A stretch of DNA of 20,000 nucleotides from a bacterium (GTDB lineage Bacteria; CLD3; SB21): NCBI GenBank assembly GCA_013360215.1, contig JABWCP010000017.1, positions 45,359 to 65,358 of the forward strand, read 5' to 3'. Of the stretch, positions 1-8,453 are shown piece by piece. The translations under genes were made by a program, and so were the position numbers. The notes under the pieces are model-generated. The model was not told the DNA's origin. It did not search any database and saw only the letters and a list, made by a program, of their open reading frames with translations. Each line of letters begins with the position of its first letter. Positions within the stretch are counted from its first letter, which is position 1.

Positions 1-1002
1 GTGATCATTACCGATGAACGTATGCCAAAAATGAACGGCATGACGTTTCTTAAAGAAGCAAAAGTATGGGCTCCCAATACAGTGAATATCATTCTTACGG
101 CCTATACGGATATCAATGTTGCTATCGAAGCAATCAATAGTGCGGTGGTATATCGTTATGTCGTAAAACCATGGGATACAGATGACCTTAGAACGATCGT
201 GCGTCAAGCTTTTGAACGGTATGCATTGGTACAAGAAAATAAAAAACTAACTGACGAGCTGATCGCTAAAAATGCGGCACTGGAACAAAACCTGAAACAA
301 TTAAAGGAGACTCAGGAAAAACTGCTGCGCCAGGAAAAATTAGCCGTAGTGGGTCAATTGACGGCGAGTATCGGCCATGAGTTACGCAACCCGCTGTCGC
401 GTATCAAAGCATCCGCCGCGTTGATGCGAAATGAAATTTTACCGGAAGAAAAAGAGAAAAAAGAGCTTCTTCAAATCATTGATAATGAGGTCATGATATC
501 TACCAAAATTATTAATGACCTTTTAGATTATTCCCGTGACCGTAAAACTATTTTTAAATCGGGTAATTTTAATATTATTATTGATGAAACGCTAATGCGC
601 ATGCGTTTCCCGGATGAAGTGGAGGTTGTGCGCGAATTGGCATCGGATCTGCCGGACAATCAAGTGGATGAAGGTCAGATTCAGCAAATACTTATCAATC
701 TCATGCTTAATGCCATCCAAGCCATGGAATATAGCGGAAAAATCTATGTCCGTACTCATCATGACGGAGATGCAGCAATCGTCGAAATCAAAGATACCGG
801 ATGCGGTATATCCAACGAAAACCTTGAGCGCATTTTCGAACCACTTTTTACTACCAAACCGAAAGGTATAGGCCTTGGTATGTGTATCGTAAAAATGTTA
901 ATTGAAAAACACGGTGGCACCATCGGTATTACTAGCAGAGAAAATATAGGAACTACCGTAAAGATTAGAATTCCATTTCATCCGAATTTTATGGAGAATT
1001 GA
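1..1002 (+). CDS. Hybrid receiver-histidine kinase (REC - coiled coil - HisKA - HATPase_c), 5'-truncated by the window edge
   Basis: Receiver motifs IITDERMP (phospho-Asp), ILTAY and VVKPW. H-box GHELRNPL, N-box QILINLMLNAIQA, G1 DTGCGI, F-box FEPLFTTK, G2 GIGLG. No transmembrane segment in the visible part. Confidence 0.93.
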   Translation: MIITDERMPKMNGMTFLKEAKVWAPNTVNIILTAYTDINVAIEAINSAVVYRYVVKPWDTDDLRTIVRQAFERYALVQENKKLTDELIAKNAALEQNLKQLKETQEKLLRQEKLAVVGQLTASIGHELRNPLSRIKASAALMRNEILPEEKEKKELLQIIDNEVMISTKIINDLLDYSRDRKTIFKSGNFNIIIDETLMRMRFPDEVEVVRELASDLPDNQVDEGQIQQILINLMLNAIQAMEYSGKIYVRTHHDGDAAIVEIKDTGCGISNENLERIFEPLFTTKPKGIGLGMCIVKMLIEKHGGTIGITSRENIGTTVKIRIPFHPNFMEN

Positions 1003-2213
1003 TGTTTCTTCCGATTGCAGACCAGCTTGCAGTTATCAAACGTGGCATCGTTGACTTAATCCCAGAAGACGAACTTGTAAAAAAACTTGAGAATTCACTC
1101 AGAACCTCAAAACCGCTTAAAGTCAAATTAGGCTGTGATCCTTCACGTCCGGACTTACATATAGGCCATTCTGTGGTACTGAGGAAATTACGCCAATTTC
1201 AAGATCTTGGACATCAGGCGATATTGGTGATCGGTGATTTTACCGGTATGATCGGCGACCCAACAGGTAAAAATAAAACCAGACCATCGTTATCATTGGA
1301 AGAGACACGGCTTAACGGTAAATCGTACCTGGAGCAAGCGTCTAAGATTTTGGACGCCCAAAAAACAAAAATCGTATATAATTCTGACTGGTTGGGAGCC
1401 ATGAATTTTGCCGATGTGGTAAAATTGGCCAGTCGGTATACGGTAGCACGCATGTTGGAGCGAGATGACTTTGAAAACCGTTATCGTAGCGGAGAACCGA
1501 TCAGTATTCATGAGTTTTTATATCCATTAGCGCAAGGTATGGATTCGGTGGCCTTGGAAGCCGATGTGGAGTTGGGCGGTACAGATCAGAGATTCAATTT
1601 GTTGGTAGGCCGGGATTTGCAGCGCGAATACCAGCAGCAACAGCAGGTCATTATTACTATGCCGTTATTGGAGGGGACAGACGGCGTTCAAAAAATGAGC
1701 AAATCGTTAAATAATTATATCGGCATTGATGACTCGCCTAAAGAAATGTTTGGCCGGGCAATGTCTATTCCTGATGCTTTAATTTATAAATATTTTGAAT
1801 TAACGACGAATGTTGATGCAGGCGAGCTTCATAAAATAAAAACAGATTTGGACAGCGGTACAGTAAACCCATCGCACTTAAAACGACGCTTGGCTAAAGA
1901 ATTGATATCTATTTATCACGATGCCGGGCGTGCGCAAGCGGCGGAAGAAGAGTTTGATCTGATTTTCAAAAAGAAAGAAATCCCGGAAGACATTCCGGTT
2001 ATTTCATTGAACAAGGGCACGTGGATCATTTCAAAACTACTACTTGAATGTAAATTAGTTGAATCGGGCAAAGAAGCACAAAGACAAATTCAACAAGGTG
2101 CCGTGAATATTAATGGTGAAAAAATAACGGATGAACGTGCAGTTATCCAAATCGAATCGGAGCTTGTGATTAAGGTAGGTAAGAGAAAGTTTTTGAAAAT
2201 TATTCCGACTTAA
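1002..2213 (+). CDS. tyrS: Tyrosine--tRNA ligase
   Basis: KLGCDPSRPDLHIGH (HIGH motif), ELGGTDQRFN, KMSKS and a C-terminal S4-like domain (QGAVNINGEK...KVGKRKF). ATG at 1002 overlaps the kinase TGA, with GGAG at 993-996. Alternative TTG start at 999. Confidence 0.98.
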   Translation: MFLPIADQLAVIKRGIVDLIPEDELVKKLENSLRTSKPLKVKLGCDPSRPDLHIGHSVVLRKLRQFQDLGHQAILVIGDFTGMIGDPTGKNKTRPSLSLEETRLNGKSYLEQASKILDAQKTKIVYNSDWLGAMNFADVVKLASRYTVARMLERDDFENRYRSGEPISIHEFLYPLAQGMDSVALEADVELGGTDQRFNLLVGRDLQREYQQQQQVIITMPLLEGTDGVQKMSKSLNNYIGIDDSPKEMFGRAMSIPDALIYKYFELTTNVDAGELHKIKTDLDSGTVNPSHLKRRLAKELISIYHDAGRAQAAEEEFDLIFKKKEIPEDIPVISLNKGTWIISKLLLECKLVESGKEAQRQIQQGAVNINGEKITDERAVIQIESELVIKVGKRKFLKIIPT

Positions 2214-2216
2214 TCG

Positions 2217-2963
2217 TTAGTCTATAGCCGGAATATCTTGCGTATCCTCGTCTGGTTCTTTATTAGAAAATATTGCCACAAAACCCATCAGAATTCCATA
2301 GGCTATGAAAAGCATCATGACAGGAAACGCAACACGCTGAGGATAAATCAAAAAAGCAATAAAACAAACTATCAAAAGCCCAAGTTTGATGCGATCTTCG
2401 GTTTTCTGGAATGAAAAATTAGGCATGCCCTCGTAGCGAATTTTACTGACCATAAGAAACGATACAAGCAAAGTGATTGCAGCCATGACGATAATATGGT
2501 TGCAGGCCTGAAATACGTCTATTTCAAATGCTACAAAAGAGGCGATAGTAATAGCCGACGAGGGAATCGGTAAACCGGTAAAGAAACTGTCTTTTTCCGA
2601 ATGATCGGCGACGCCGACATTAAAACGTGCTAAACGGATTCCTCCGAAAACAAGTGGCATGAAGCTGATTAAAATCCCCCATATACCCCAAGGCTCAAAG
2701 TAAGCTTTGTAGATCAATACTGCAGGCGCAAATCCAAACGACGATACATCGGCGAGAGAATCTAATTCAACCCCAAATTCCGAACTCGACTTGGTGAGGC
2801 GTGCAACTTTACCGTCCAGTACATCCATGATGGCCGCAACGACAATCAGAGAGGCGGCTTCCATATAATCACCCCGAATGGAGCTGATGACAGAGAGGAA
2901 ACCGGCAAAAAGATTGAGCGCGGTTACAAGCGATGGCAGATGCCTTTTGGGCGAGGCTTTCAA
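2217..2963 (-). CDS. pssA: CDP-diacylglycerol--serine O-phosphatidyltransferase (membrane, CDP-alcohol phosphotransferase type)
   Basis: Signature DVLDGKVAR-x7-FGVELDSLAD, plus RLARFN and FTGLPIP. Multiple hydrophobic helices, adjacent to psd. TTG start with AGGGA 8 nt upstream. Confidence 0.95.
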   Translation of the reverse strand: MKASPKRHLPSLVTALNLFAGFLSVISSIRGDYMEAASLIVVAAIMDVLDGKVARLTKSSSEFGVELDSLADVSSFGFAPAVLIYKAYFEPWGIWGILISFMPLVFGGIRLARFNVGVADHSEKDSFFTGLPIPSSAITIASFVAFEIDVFQACNHIIVMAAITLLVSFLMVSKIRYEGMPNFSFQKTEDRIKLGLLIVCFIAFLIYPQRVAFPVMMLFIAYGILMGFVAIFSNKEPDEDTQDIPAID

Positions 2964-2978
2964 AAGATAAATCCCTGA

Positions 2979-3623
2979 TTACTTTATGATGCCGATTATG
3001 GTTTCTCCGGCCGTTGTCGTGTCACCGACTTTAACTTTGATGTCTACGTTTTTCGGAACGATAATGTCCATGCGGGAACCGAATTTCATAATCCCACAGC
3101 GTGTACCGCGATCAACACGGTCGCCTTGTTTTCCGTAAAACACTATTCGACGTGCAAGAAGGCCGGTTATTTGTTTGAATAGAATTTTTACACGTGGATG
3201 CTCTAGGCCGACGATGGTTTGCTCATTTAGCTCGGATGCTTTGTCATCAAAAGCTACCATGAACTTACCTTTCATATACTCATAAAAAGCGATTGTCCCA
3301 CCTAAAGGATAGCGATTGACGTGTACATTGAATACAGACAGAAAAATACTGATTTGTGTAGCCTCCGACTTGAGGTATTTATCTTCGCGAACATCGCGTA
3401 TCAAAACAACTTTGCCGTCTGCCGGGGCAATGATCGTATTGTCATCACCAGCGATTGTTCGTTCGGGATCACGAAAGAACCATAGTACGAGCAGTTCGAC
3501 TAAAAGCAACGCGATCACCAGTGCGATCCATCCGGAGCCCAGCGTAGCATACATGATGATTGCTATCGAAACGAGTATGTTTACGATGAAAATCGTTACA
3601 AGGCCTTCGCGCGATATTTTCAA
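2979..3623 (-). CDS. psd: Phosphatidylserine decarboxylase proenzyme (short PSD-A type)
   Basis: FFRDPER, APADGKV, IFLSVFNVHVNR and the self-cleavage site KFG|SRMD. N-terminal hydrophobic anchor. TTG start with GGAGA 7 nt upstream. Confidence 0.96.
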   Translation of the reverse strand: MKISREGLVTIFIVNILVSIAIIMYATLGSGWIALVIALLLVELLVLWFFRDPERTIAGDDNTIIAPADGKVVLIRDVREDKYLKSEATQISIFLSVFNVHVNRYPLGGTIAFYEYMKGKFMVAFDDKASELNEQTIVGLEHPRVKILFKQITGLLARRIVFYGKQGDRVDRGTRCGIMKFGSRMDIIVPKNVDIKVKVGDTTTAGETIIGIIK

Positions 3624-3637
3624 AGCAAAATCTCCGG

Positions 3638-4399
3638 TTAATCGTGAATGGTTGGTCGCTCATCCCGTGTTTTAGGATGCGTTATCGTTTGTCGTACCTC
3701 GCCATAAATTTTATGCAAATCATTTTCTTTAGCGGCGGCTATTTCCTTGTCAAATTTGCGGCCGCGGTTAATATCCCACAAACGGCAGGTATCTAAGGTC
3801 AATTCGTCAGCCAAATAGATCTTACCTTTTTGCCGGCCAAATTCAAGTTTGATGTCTACTAACTGAAAACCGCGACGTTCAAAGAAATTACGAACAATCG
3901 CGTTGACCTTACCGGAAAGCCTCTGGATCGTACGTACTTCATCCTGATTGGCCGAGCCGAACGCATACAGATGGTATTCGTTGACCATCGGGTTGCCCAT
4001 TTTATCATTTTTAAAATAAAATTCAATGATCGGAGCAGGTAAAGGGTCGCCATCGCTCATCTTAAAGTTTTTTGCGAAACTGCCGGCTGCGATATTCCGT
4101 ACCACGACATAAATAGGAATCATTTCAAGATTGCGTACCACGAGGGATTTGTCGTCGTATTTGCCGACGTAGTGCGTAGGGATATGATAGCTCTCAAGAA
4201 ATTGAAATACATACGATGTAAGCTCTGTATTAATCTGACCTTTCCCACGTGCTTTCATCACTTTTTTTGTATCCATAGGCACGAGATCATTTTTACATTC
4301 CATCAACAAATAATCAGGATTATTTGTTGAGTAGAATTTTTTAATCGTTCCTTCAAGAAATATTTTTTCTTTCTCGAGTTTCTTGATATTAACTTCCAA
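3638..4399 (-). CDS. purC: SAICAR synthetase (PurC)-family protein with a degenerate active site (possible pseudoenzyme)
   Basis: VVRNIAAGS, EFYFKND, LVDIKLEFG and LADE..DTCRLWD, directly downstream of purB. Start placed at TTG 4399, with AGGAGG (4405-4410) 5 nt upstream. The family call is secure but catalytic activity is doubtful (see findings). Confidence 0.88.
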   Translation of the reverse strand: MEVNIKKLEKEKIFLEGTIKKFYSTNNPDYLLMECKNDLVPMDTKKVMKARGKGQINTELTSYVFQFLESYHIPTHYVGKYDDKSLVVRNLEMIPIYVVVRNIAAGSFAKNFKMSDGDPLPAPIIEFYFKNDKMGNPMVNEYHLYAFGSANQDEVRTIQRLSGKVNAIVRNFFERRGFQLVDIKLEFGRQKGKIYLADELTLDTCRLWDINRGRKFDKEIAAAKENDLHKIYGEVRQTITHPKTRDERPTIHD

Positions 4400-4439
4400 A
4401 ATAACCTCCTGCGGATACCGCACTATACTTAAATTAATT

Positions 4440-5738
4440 CTATGATTTTATTCCTGCGCGTTCAAAAAGATACCCGATATGCTTCATACTATGCTTCAGA
4501 TCAAAACATTCATCTATTTCTTCCATCGATAGGCGCGATGTTACTTCCGCATTAGCCGTAATGGCTTTTTTGAAGTTACCATCCGGTGCTTCCCATACCG
4601 CCATGGCCGTCGTTTGAACGATTTTATACGCCTCTTCGCGTTTTAGTCCTTTTTTGGCAAGTGCCAGCAATACCGGTTGGCTAAAGATCAAACCTTTGGA
4701 ACGTTCAATATTGCGCATCATGTTTTCCGGGTACACGATGAGTTTATCAACGACGCGTATAAATTGTGTTAACATATAATCCAGCAAAATAGTGCTGTCA
4801 GGAATGATCACACGCTCGACGGAAGAGTGGGTAATATCTCTTTCATGCCACAGCGCCACGTTTTCCAGTGCCGCTTGAGCATTACCACGGAGAACGCGAG
4901 CCAATCCTGCGACACGTTCGCAGGTAATAGGATTACGTTTATGCGGCATCGCCGAAGATCCTTTTTGACCTTTAGAAAAATATTCTTCGGCTTCAAGAAC
5001 TTCTGTTCGCTGTAAACTGCGAATTTCAGTGGCAAATTTTTCCAAAGATGCACCGATGACGGCCAGTGTTGCAAGAAAATCGGCATGGAGGTCACGCGGC
5101 ACGACTTGCGTTGCATTGATTGGTTTTAAGCCAAGAAGCGAAGCTGTTTTCTCTTCAACGCGCGGATCCAAGTGCTCAAAGGTTCCTACGGCTCCGGATA
5201 TTTTGGCAACACTGATCGCTGCGACAGCACGTTTCAAACGCTCGGCATTGCGCGTCATTTCATCATACCACAGTGCCAGTTTTAAACCAAAAGTAACCGG
5301 TTCGGCGTGCACGCCGTGCGTACGTCCCATACATGGCGTCATCTTGAATTCTAATGCGCGGTGATGGAGTACTTCACGCAGTTGTTGGATATCCTGGAGC
5401 AAGATGTTTCCGGCTTCTCGAATCGTCAACGAAAGGGAAGTATCCAAAACATCGTTGGATGTCATACCAAGATGTATAAAACGCGAAGGTTCACCGACAT
5501 ATTCGGCGACGTTTGTAAGGAATGCAATCACGTCATGCTTGACTTCGGCTTCGATCTCCAAAACGCGTGCCGTATCAAAACGTGCACGGGATTTGATAGC
5601 GGCTAATGCATCGCCAGGTATATAACCCAAATCCGCTTGCGCTTCGCAAACGGCTATCTCCACGTCAAGCCATTTTTGAAATTTATTTTCGTCCGACCAG
5701 ATTTTTCCTAGCTCCGGGCGTGTATATCGTGTTATCAT
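4440..5738 (-). CDS. purB: Adenylosuccinate lyase
   Basis: MITRYTRPE N-terminus, KHDVIAF, GRTHGVHAEP, the fumarate-lyase signature GSSAMPHKRNP, and LWHERDITHSSVER. Confidence 0.98.
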   Translation of the reverse strand: MITRYTRPELGKIWSDENKFQKWLDVEIAVCEAQADLGYIPGDALAAIKSRARFDTARVLEIEAEVKHDVIAFLTNVAEYVGEPSRFIHLGMTSNDVLDTSLSLTIREAGNILLQDIQQLREVLHHRALEFKMTPCMGRTHGVHAEPVTFGLKLALWYDEMTRNAERLKRAVAAISVAKISGAVGTFEHLDPRVEEKTASLLGLKPINATQVVPRDLHADFLATLAVIGASLEKFATEIRSLQRTEVLEAEEYFSKGQKGSSAMPHKRNPITCERVAGLARVLRGNAQAALENVALWHERDITHSSVERVIIPDSTILLDYMLTQFIRVVDKLIVYPENMMRNIERSKGLIFSQPVLLALAKKGLKREEAYKIVQTTAMAVWEAPDGNFKKAITANAEVTSRLSMEEIDECFDLKHSMKHIGYLFERAGIKS

Positions 5739-5812
5739 GCGTTATGTTCATCCGGCAGTACTATGGGGTACCAAATTACTGCCGTCGTTTGCCTATCTGA
5801 ATTTTATCTAAA

Positions 5813-7312
5813 TTATTTAATTTCGTTTGCTTTTTTAAATGCGGCTTCGGCTTCACGTTTTTTCTGCAAATTAACATAGGCCGTACCAAGCATGATCCAT
5901 GTATTTGCATGGGAAGGGCGCAGCTCGGAGGCTTTTACCAAATACGGAATTGCTTTTTCAAAATAAGGCTTTTGTTTTTTAACTTTTTCAGCGTTGACGA
6001 GCGTGTAGTACAAATGACCCTCGATTTCCGCCTGATAATTGTACATTTTTCCGATACGGTAATTTGTTTCAGCCATTTCAAGTGTAGTCGGTAAACTGGC
6101 TTCCAATGATGCGATAGCATCAGCTATATCCGTGCGAACAATCTCGATGTCGGATTTGAGCGTCGTAGTGATTTTGTTCATGTCGGCACGGGCGCCGCCA
6201 TTTTTGTCAATCGTTTCAGTACGCTTACTTTGATAAGATTGATACGACTGTTCAGCTACTTGGAAATTTACAACCGGATCATCTTTACGCAGACTTTTGA
6301 CTTTACGAAATTGAGTGTTGGCTTTATCGAAATCTTTACGGTTATAGTATAGACGTCCGAGATTGAAATGTAAATCCGGGTTTTCCGGGTTTTTTTCTAA
6401 TGCTTTGGTATACACGGCAATGGCTTCATCCGCTTTACCTTGACGATCAAGCATAAGTGCCTTATCGCCGATGAGGGATGTCTGATATGCAACAGCTTGA
6501 CTATCTGGAGCGTTCATGGCTAAAGCGGTATCCATCCAAGCCATCATTTTTTCTTCATTATTTTCTTGTGTGTACAGACTTATAATGCTTGTGACAAATG
6601 AGAAATTAGCACGGTCAAGAGCATGCATTTTGGTAAGATATGATACGATGTCTTCCCGAATTGTTTTTTTATTAGTTTCTTCTTTTTCCATATTAAGAAG
6701 CTGAATATATACGGTAGCAATCGTTCCATAAACGCCTAAAGCATACGAACTCGGTACGTTATTGGCTGTAATGGTAACGGTAGGATCGATTTCAAGTAAT
6801 GATTTGAATTTTGAAATGGTTTTATGATACAAAACCTTTTGAGAATCCGGCGATGTAGCAGCCGCGGCAGCACGATAAGCTTGATTGCCTTGGTTATATG
6901 TTTTCAGTTTGACATCATTCATCATATCTTTGATGGAGAAAAGATCAACACCGCCTGAAACTTTTTCTCCTTTTTCGAAATATTTCTTACCGAAGGTTAA
7001 TGTTTTATTGCAATACTCCCATGCTTTAATCATATCATTCATACGATGATATACGGCGGCAGCATAGTAGTGTGTTTCTTCTTTTTCTTTATCATTTTTA
7101 TCAACTTGAGCATTGTTGACCAATAAAATTTCTAAAGCCTGTTGGTAATATTTATCTGCATCACCGGGCTCATTAGAAGCATTTTTCAGACGTTGTTTAA
7201 TGCCTGTAATAGATGCAGAATGGCTGATTTTCTTTTTTTCCTGCGCGAAAATTTGTTGACCTAAAATTAGACTAAGAAGAATCATCGCTGCGGATTTGAA
7301 TACCAGTTTCAT
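5813..7312 (-). CDS. Secreted/periplasmic tetratricopeptide-repeat protein
   Basis: Sec-type signal peptide (MKLVFKSAAMILLSLILGQQIFA|QE). TPR-like helices such as EAIAVYTKALEKNPENPDLHFNLGRLYY and TWIMLGTAYVNLQKKREAEAAFKKA. Confidence 0.85.
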   Translation of the reverse strand: MKLVFKSAAMILLSLILGQQIFAQEKKKISHSASITGIKQRLKNASNEPGDADKYYQQALEILLVNNAQVDKNDKEKEETHYYAAAVYHRMNDMIKAWEYCNKTLTFGKKYFEKGEKVSGGVDLFSIKDMMNDVKLKTYNQGNQAYRAAAAATSPDSQKVLYHKTISKFKSLLEIDPTVTITANNVPSSYALGVYGTIATVYIQLLNMEKEETNKKTIREDIVSYLTKMHALDRANFSFVTSIISLYTQENNEEKMMAWMDTALAMNAPDSQAVAYQTSLIGDKALMLDRQGKADEAIAVYTKALEKNPENPDLHFNLGRLYYNRKDFDKANTQFRKVKSLRKDDPVVNFQVAEQSYQSYQSKRTETIDKNGGARADMNKITTTLKSDIEIVRTDIADAIASLEASLPTTLEMAETNYRIGKMYNYQAEIEGHLYYTLVNAEKVKKQKPYFEKAIPYLVKASELRPSHANTWIMLGTAYVNLQKKREAEAAFKKANEIK

Positions 7313-7360
7313 TAGAAATCTCCAATCATTAGTGTGAATGAAACAATATTATTATTTGTG

Positions 7361-8386
7361 TCAATTGAAACAATAATCCGGGCCTCGGAATATTTGTTTC
7401 TCAGTTATTATAGCCGAAATCAATTCGGCCGGTGTTACATCAAATGCAGGGTTGTATACATGCACACCATGTGGTGCTGTTTGTTTTCCCATACCCATTG
7501 TTATTTCGTCAGCTGAGCGCTCTTCAATGGTTATTGCGCTTCCGTCAGGTATTTGTTTGTCAATCGTCGAATGCGGAGCGACGACATAAAATGGTATTTT
7601 ATGTTTTTCGCACAATACCGCTAAAGTATAAGTTCCGATTTTATTTGCCGCATCACCATTACGTGCAATTCGATCAGAACCAACGATTACAGCCTGAACG
7701 CGGCCTTTGGACATAAGCTGTCCCGCCATATTATCGCAAATCAATGTATGGCGTATATTCTCTTTTTTTAATTCCCAAGCCGTTAATCGGGCGCCTTGTA
7801 AAAGTGGTCGCGTTTCATCAACCCAAACGTGGATTCTTTTTCCGTTTTGGTGGGCTGTTACCAGTACACCAAGGGCTGTACCGAATCCTCCTGTTGCAAG
7901 TCCGCCGGTATTACAGTGAGTCAAAACCTGCATGCCGTCGTCTATGAGTTCGGAGCCTAATTTTCCCATCGCAATACATGCATCTAGCTCTTCTTGGAGG
8001 ATAAGGTGCGCTTCCTTAAGAACAGAAGATCGCAATATATCCGAGTTCGAAGCCGTGGAATAAACAGATTCGAAAACCTTTAGCACGCGATTGACGCCCC
8101 ACGCAAGATTAACGGCGGTTGGGCGACTTTGGATCAATTGCGCACCTGTTTTGATGGCTTCGTCGCGAAGTATGGCTTTATCTGAAGTGGTACAACGATA
8201 AAGTCCTAAGCACAAACCGTATGCACCGGCAATTCCTAACGCAGGAGCCCCGCGAATTTTCAATTTTTTAATTGCATCAATGAGATCATCCACATCGGCG
8301 ATTGTGAGATAAGTCTCATAAACCGGTAATTGGGTTTGATCAATGATGCGTACAGCGGGATGCGCCCACCGTATCGTTTCAATCAT
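7361..8386 (-). CDS. mtnA: S-methyl-5-thioribose-1-phosphate isomerase
   Basis: IIDQTQLP, IRGAPALG, SRPTAVNL, THCNTGGLAT, DETRPLLQGARLTAWEL, DRIARNGDAANKIGT and NPAFDVTP. Start moved to ATG 8386 (MIETIRW) because the longer ORF start lies inside the predicted promoter. Confidence 0.96.
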   Translation of the reverse strand: MIETIRWAHPAVRIIDQTQLPVYETYLTIADVDDLIDAIKKLKIRGAPALGIAGAYGLCLGLYRCTTSDKAILRDEAIKTGAQLIQSRPTAVNLAWGVNRVLKVFESVYSTASNSDILRSSVLKEAHLILQEELDACIAMGKLGSELIDDGMQVLTHCNTGGLATGGFGTALGVLVTAHQNGKRIHVWVDETRPLLQGARLTAWELKKENIRHTLICDNMAGQLMSKGRVQAVIVGSDRIARNGDAANKIGTYTLAVLCEKHKIPFYVVAPHSTIDKQIPDGSAITIEERSADEITMGMGKQTAPHGVHVYNPAFDVTPAELISAIITEKQIFRGPDYCFN

Positions 8387-8424
8387 ATTAAGTTTAACAA
8401 AAACAAAAACGTAATTCTGTCGCG

Positions 8425-8453
8425 AATATATTGGTTGTACCATAAAAAATCAA
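8425..8453 (-). promoter_or_regulatory. Putative sigma70-type promoter for mtnA
   Basis: Minus strand TTGATT (8453-8448) - 17 nt - TATATT (8430-8425). Confidence 0.6.

Noticed and set aside
1632-1646. CAG/CAA run encoding QQQQQ in TyrS
   Set aside because: It occupies the usual five-residue GQEPQ-like position with no apparent length change, so it is not a repeat expansion.
3638-4399. purC-like gene as a pseudogene
   Set aside because: There are no frameshifts, stops or indels, the SD is strong and many motif residues are kept, so a diverged protein is the better reading.
5739-5812. Purine or ZTP riboswitch upstream of purB
   Set aside because: The gap is only 74 nt and lacks the consensus elements as I recall them. 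An Rfam search would be decisive.
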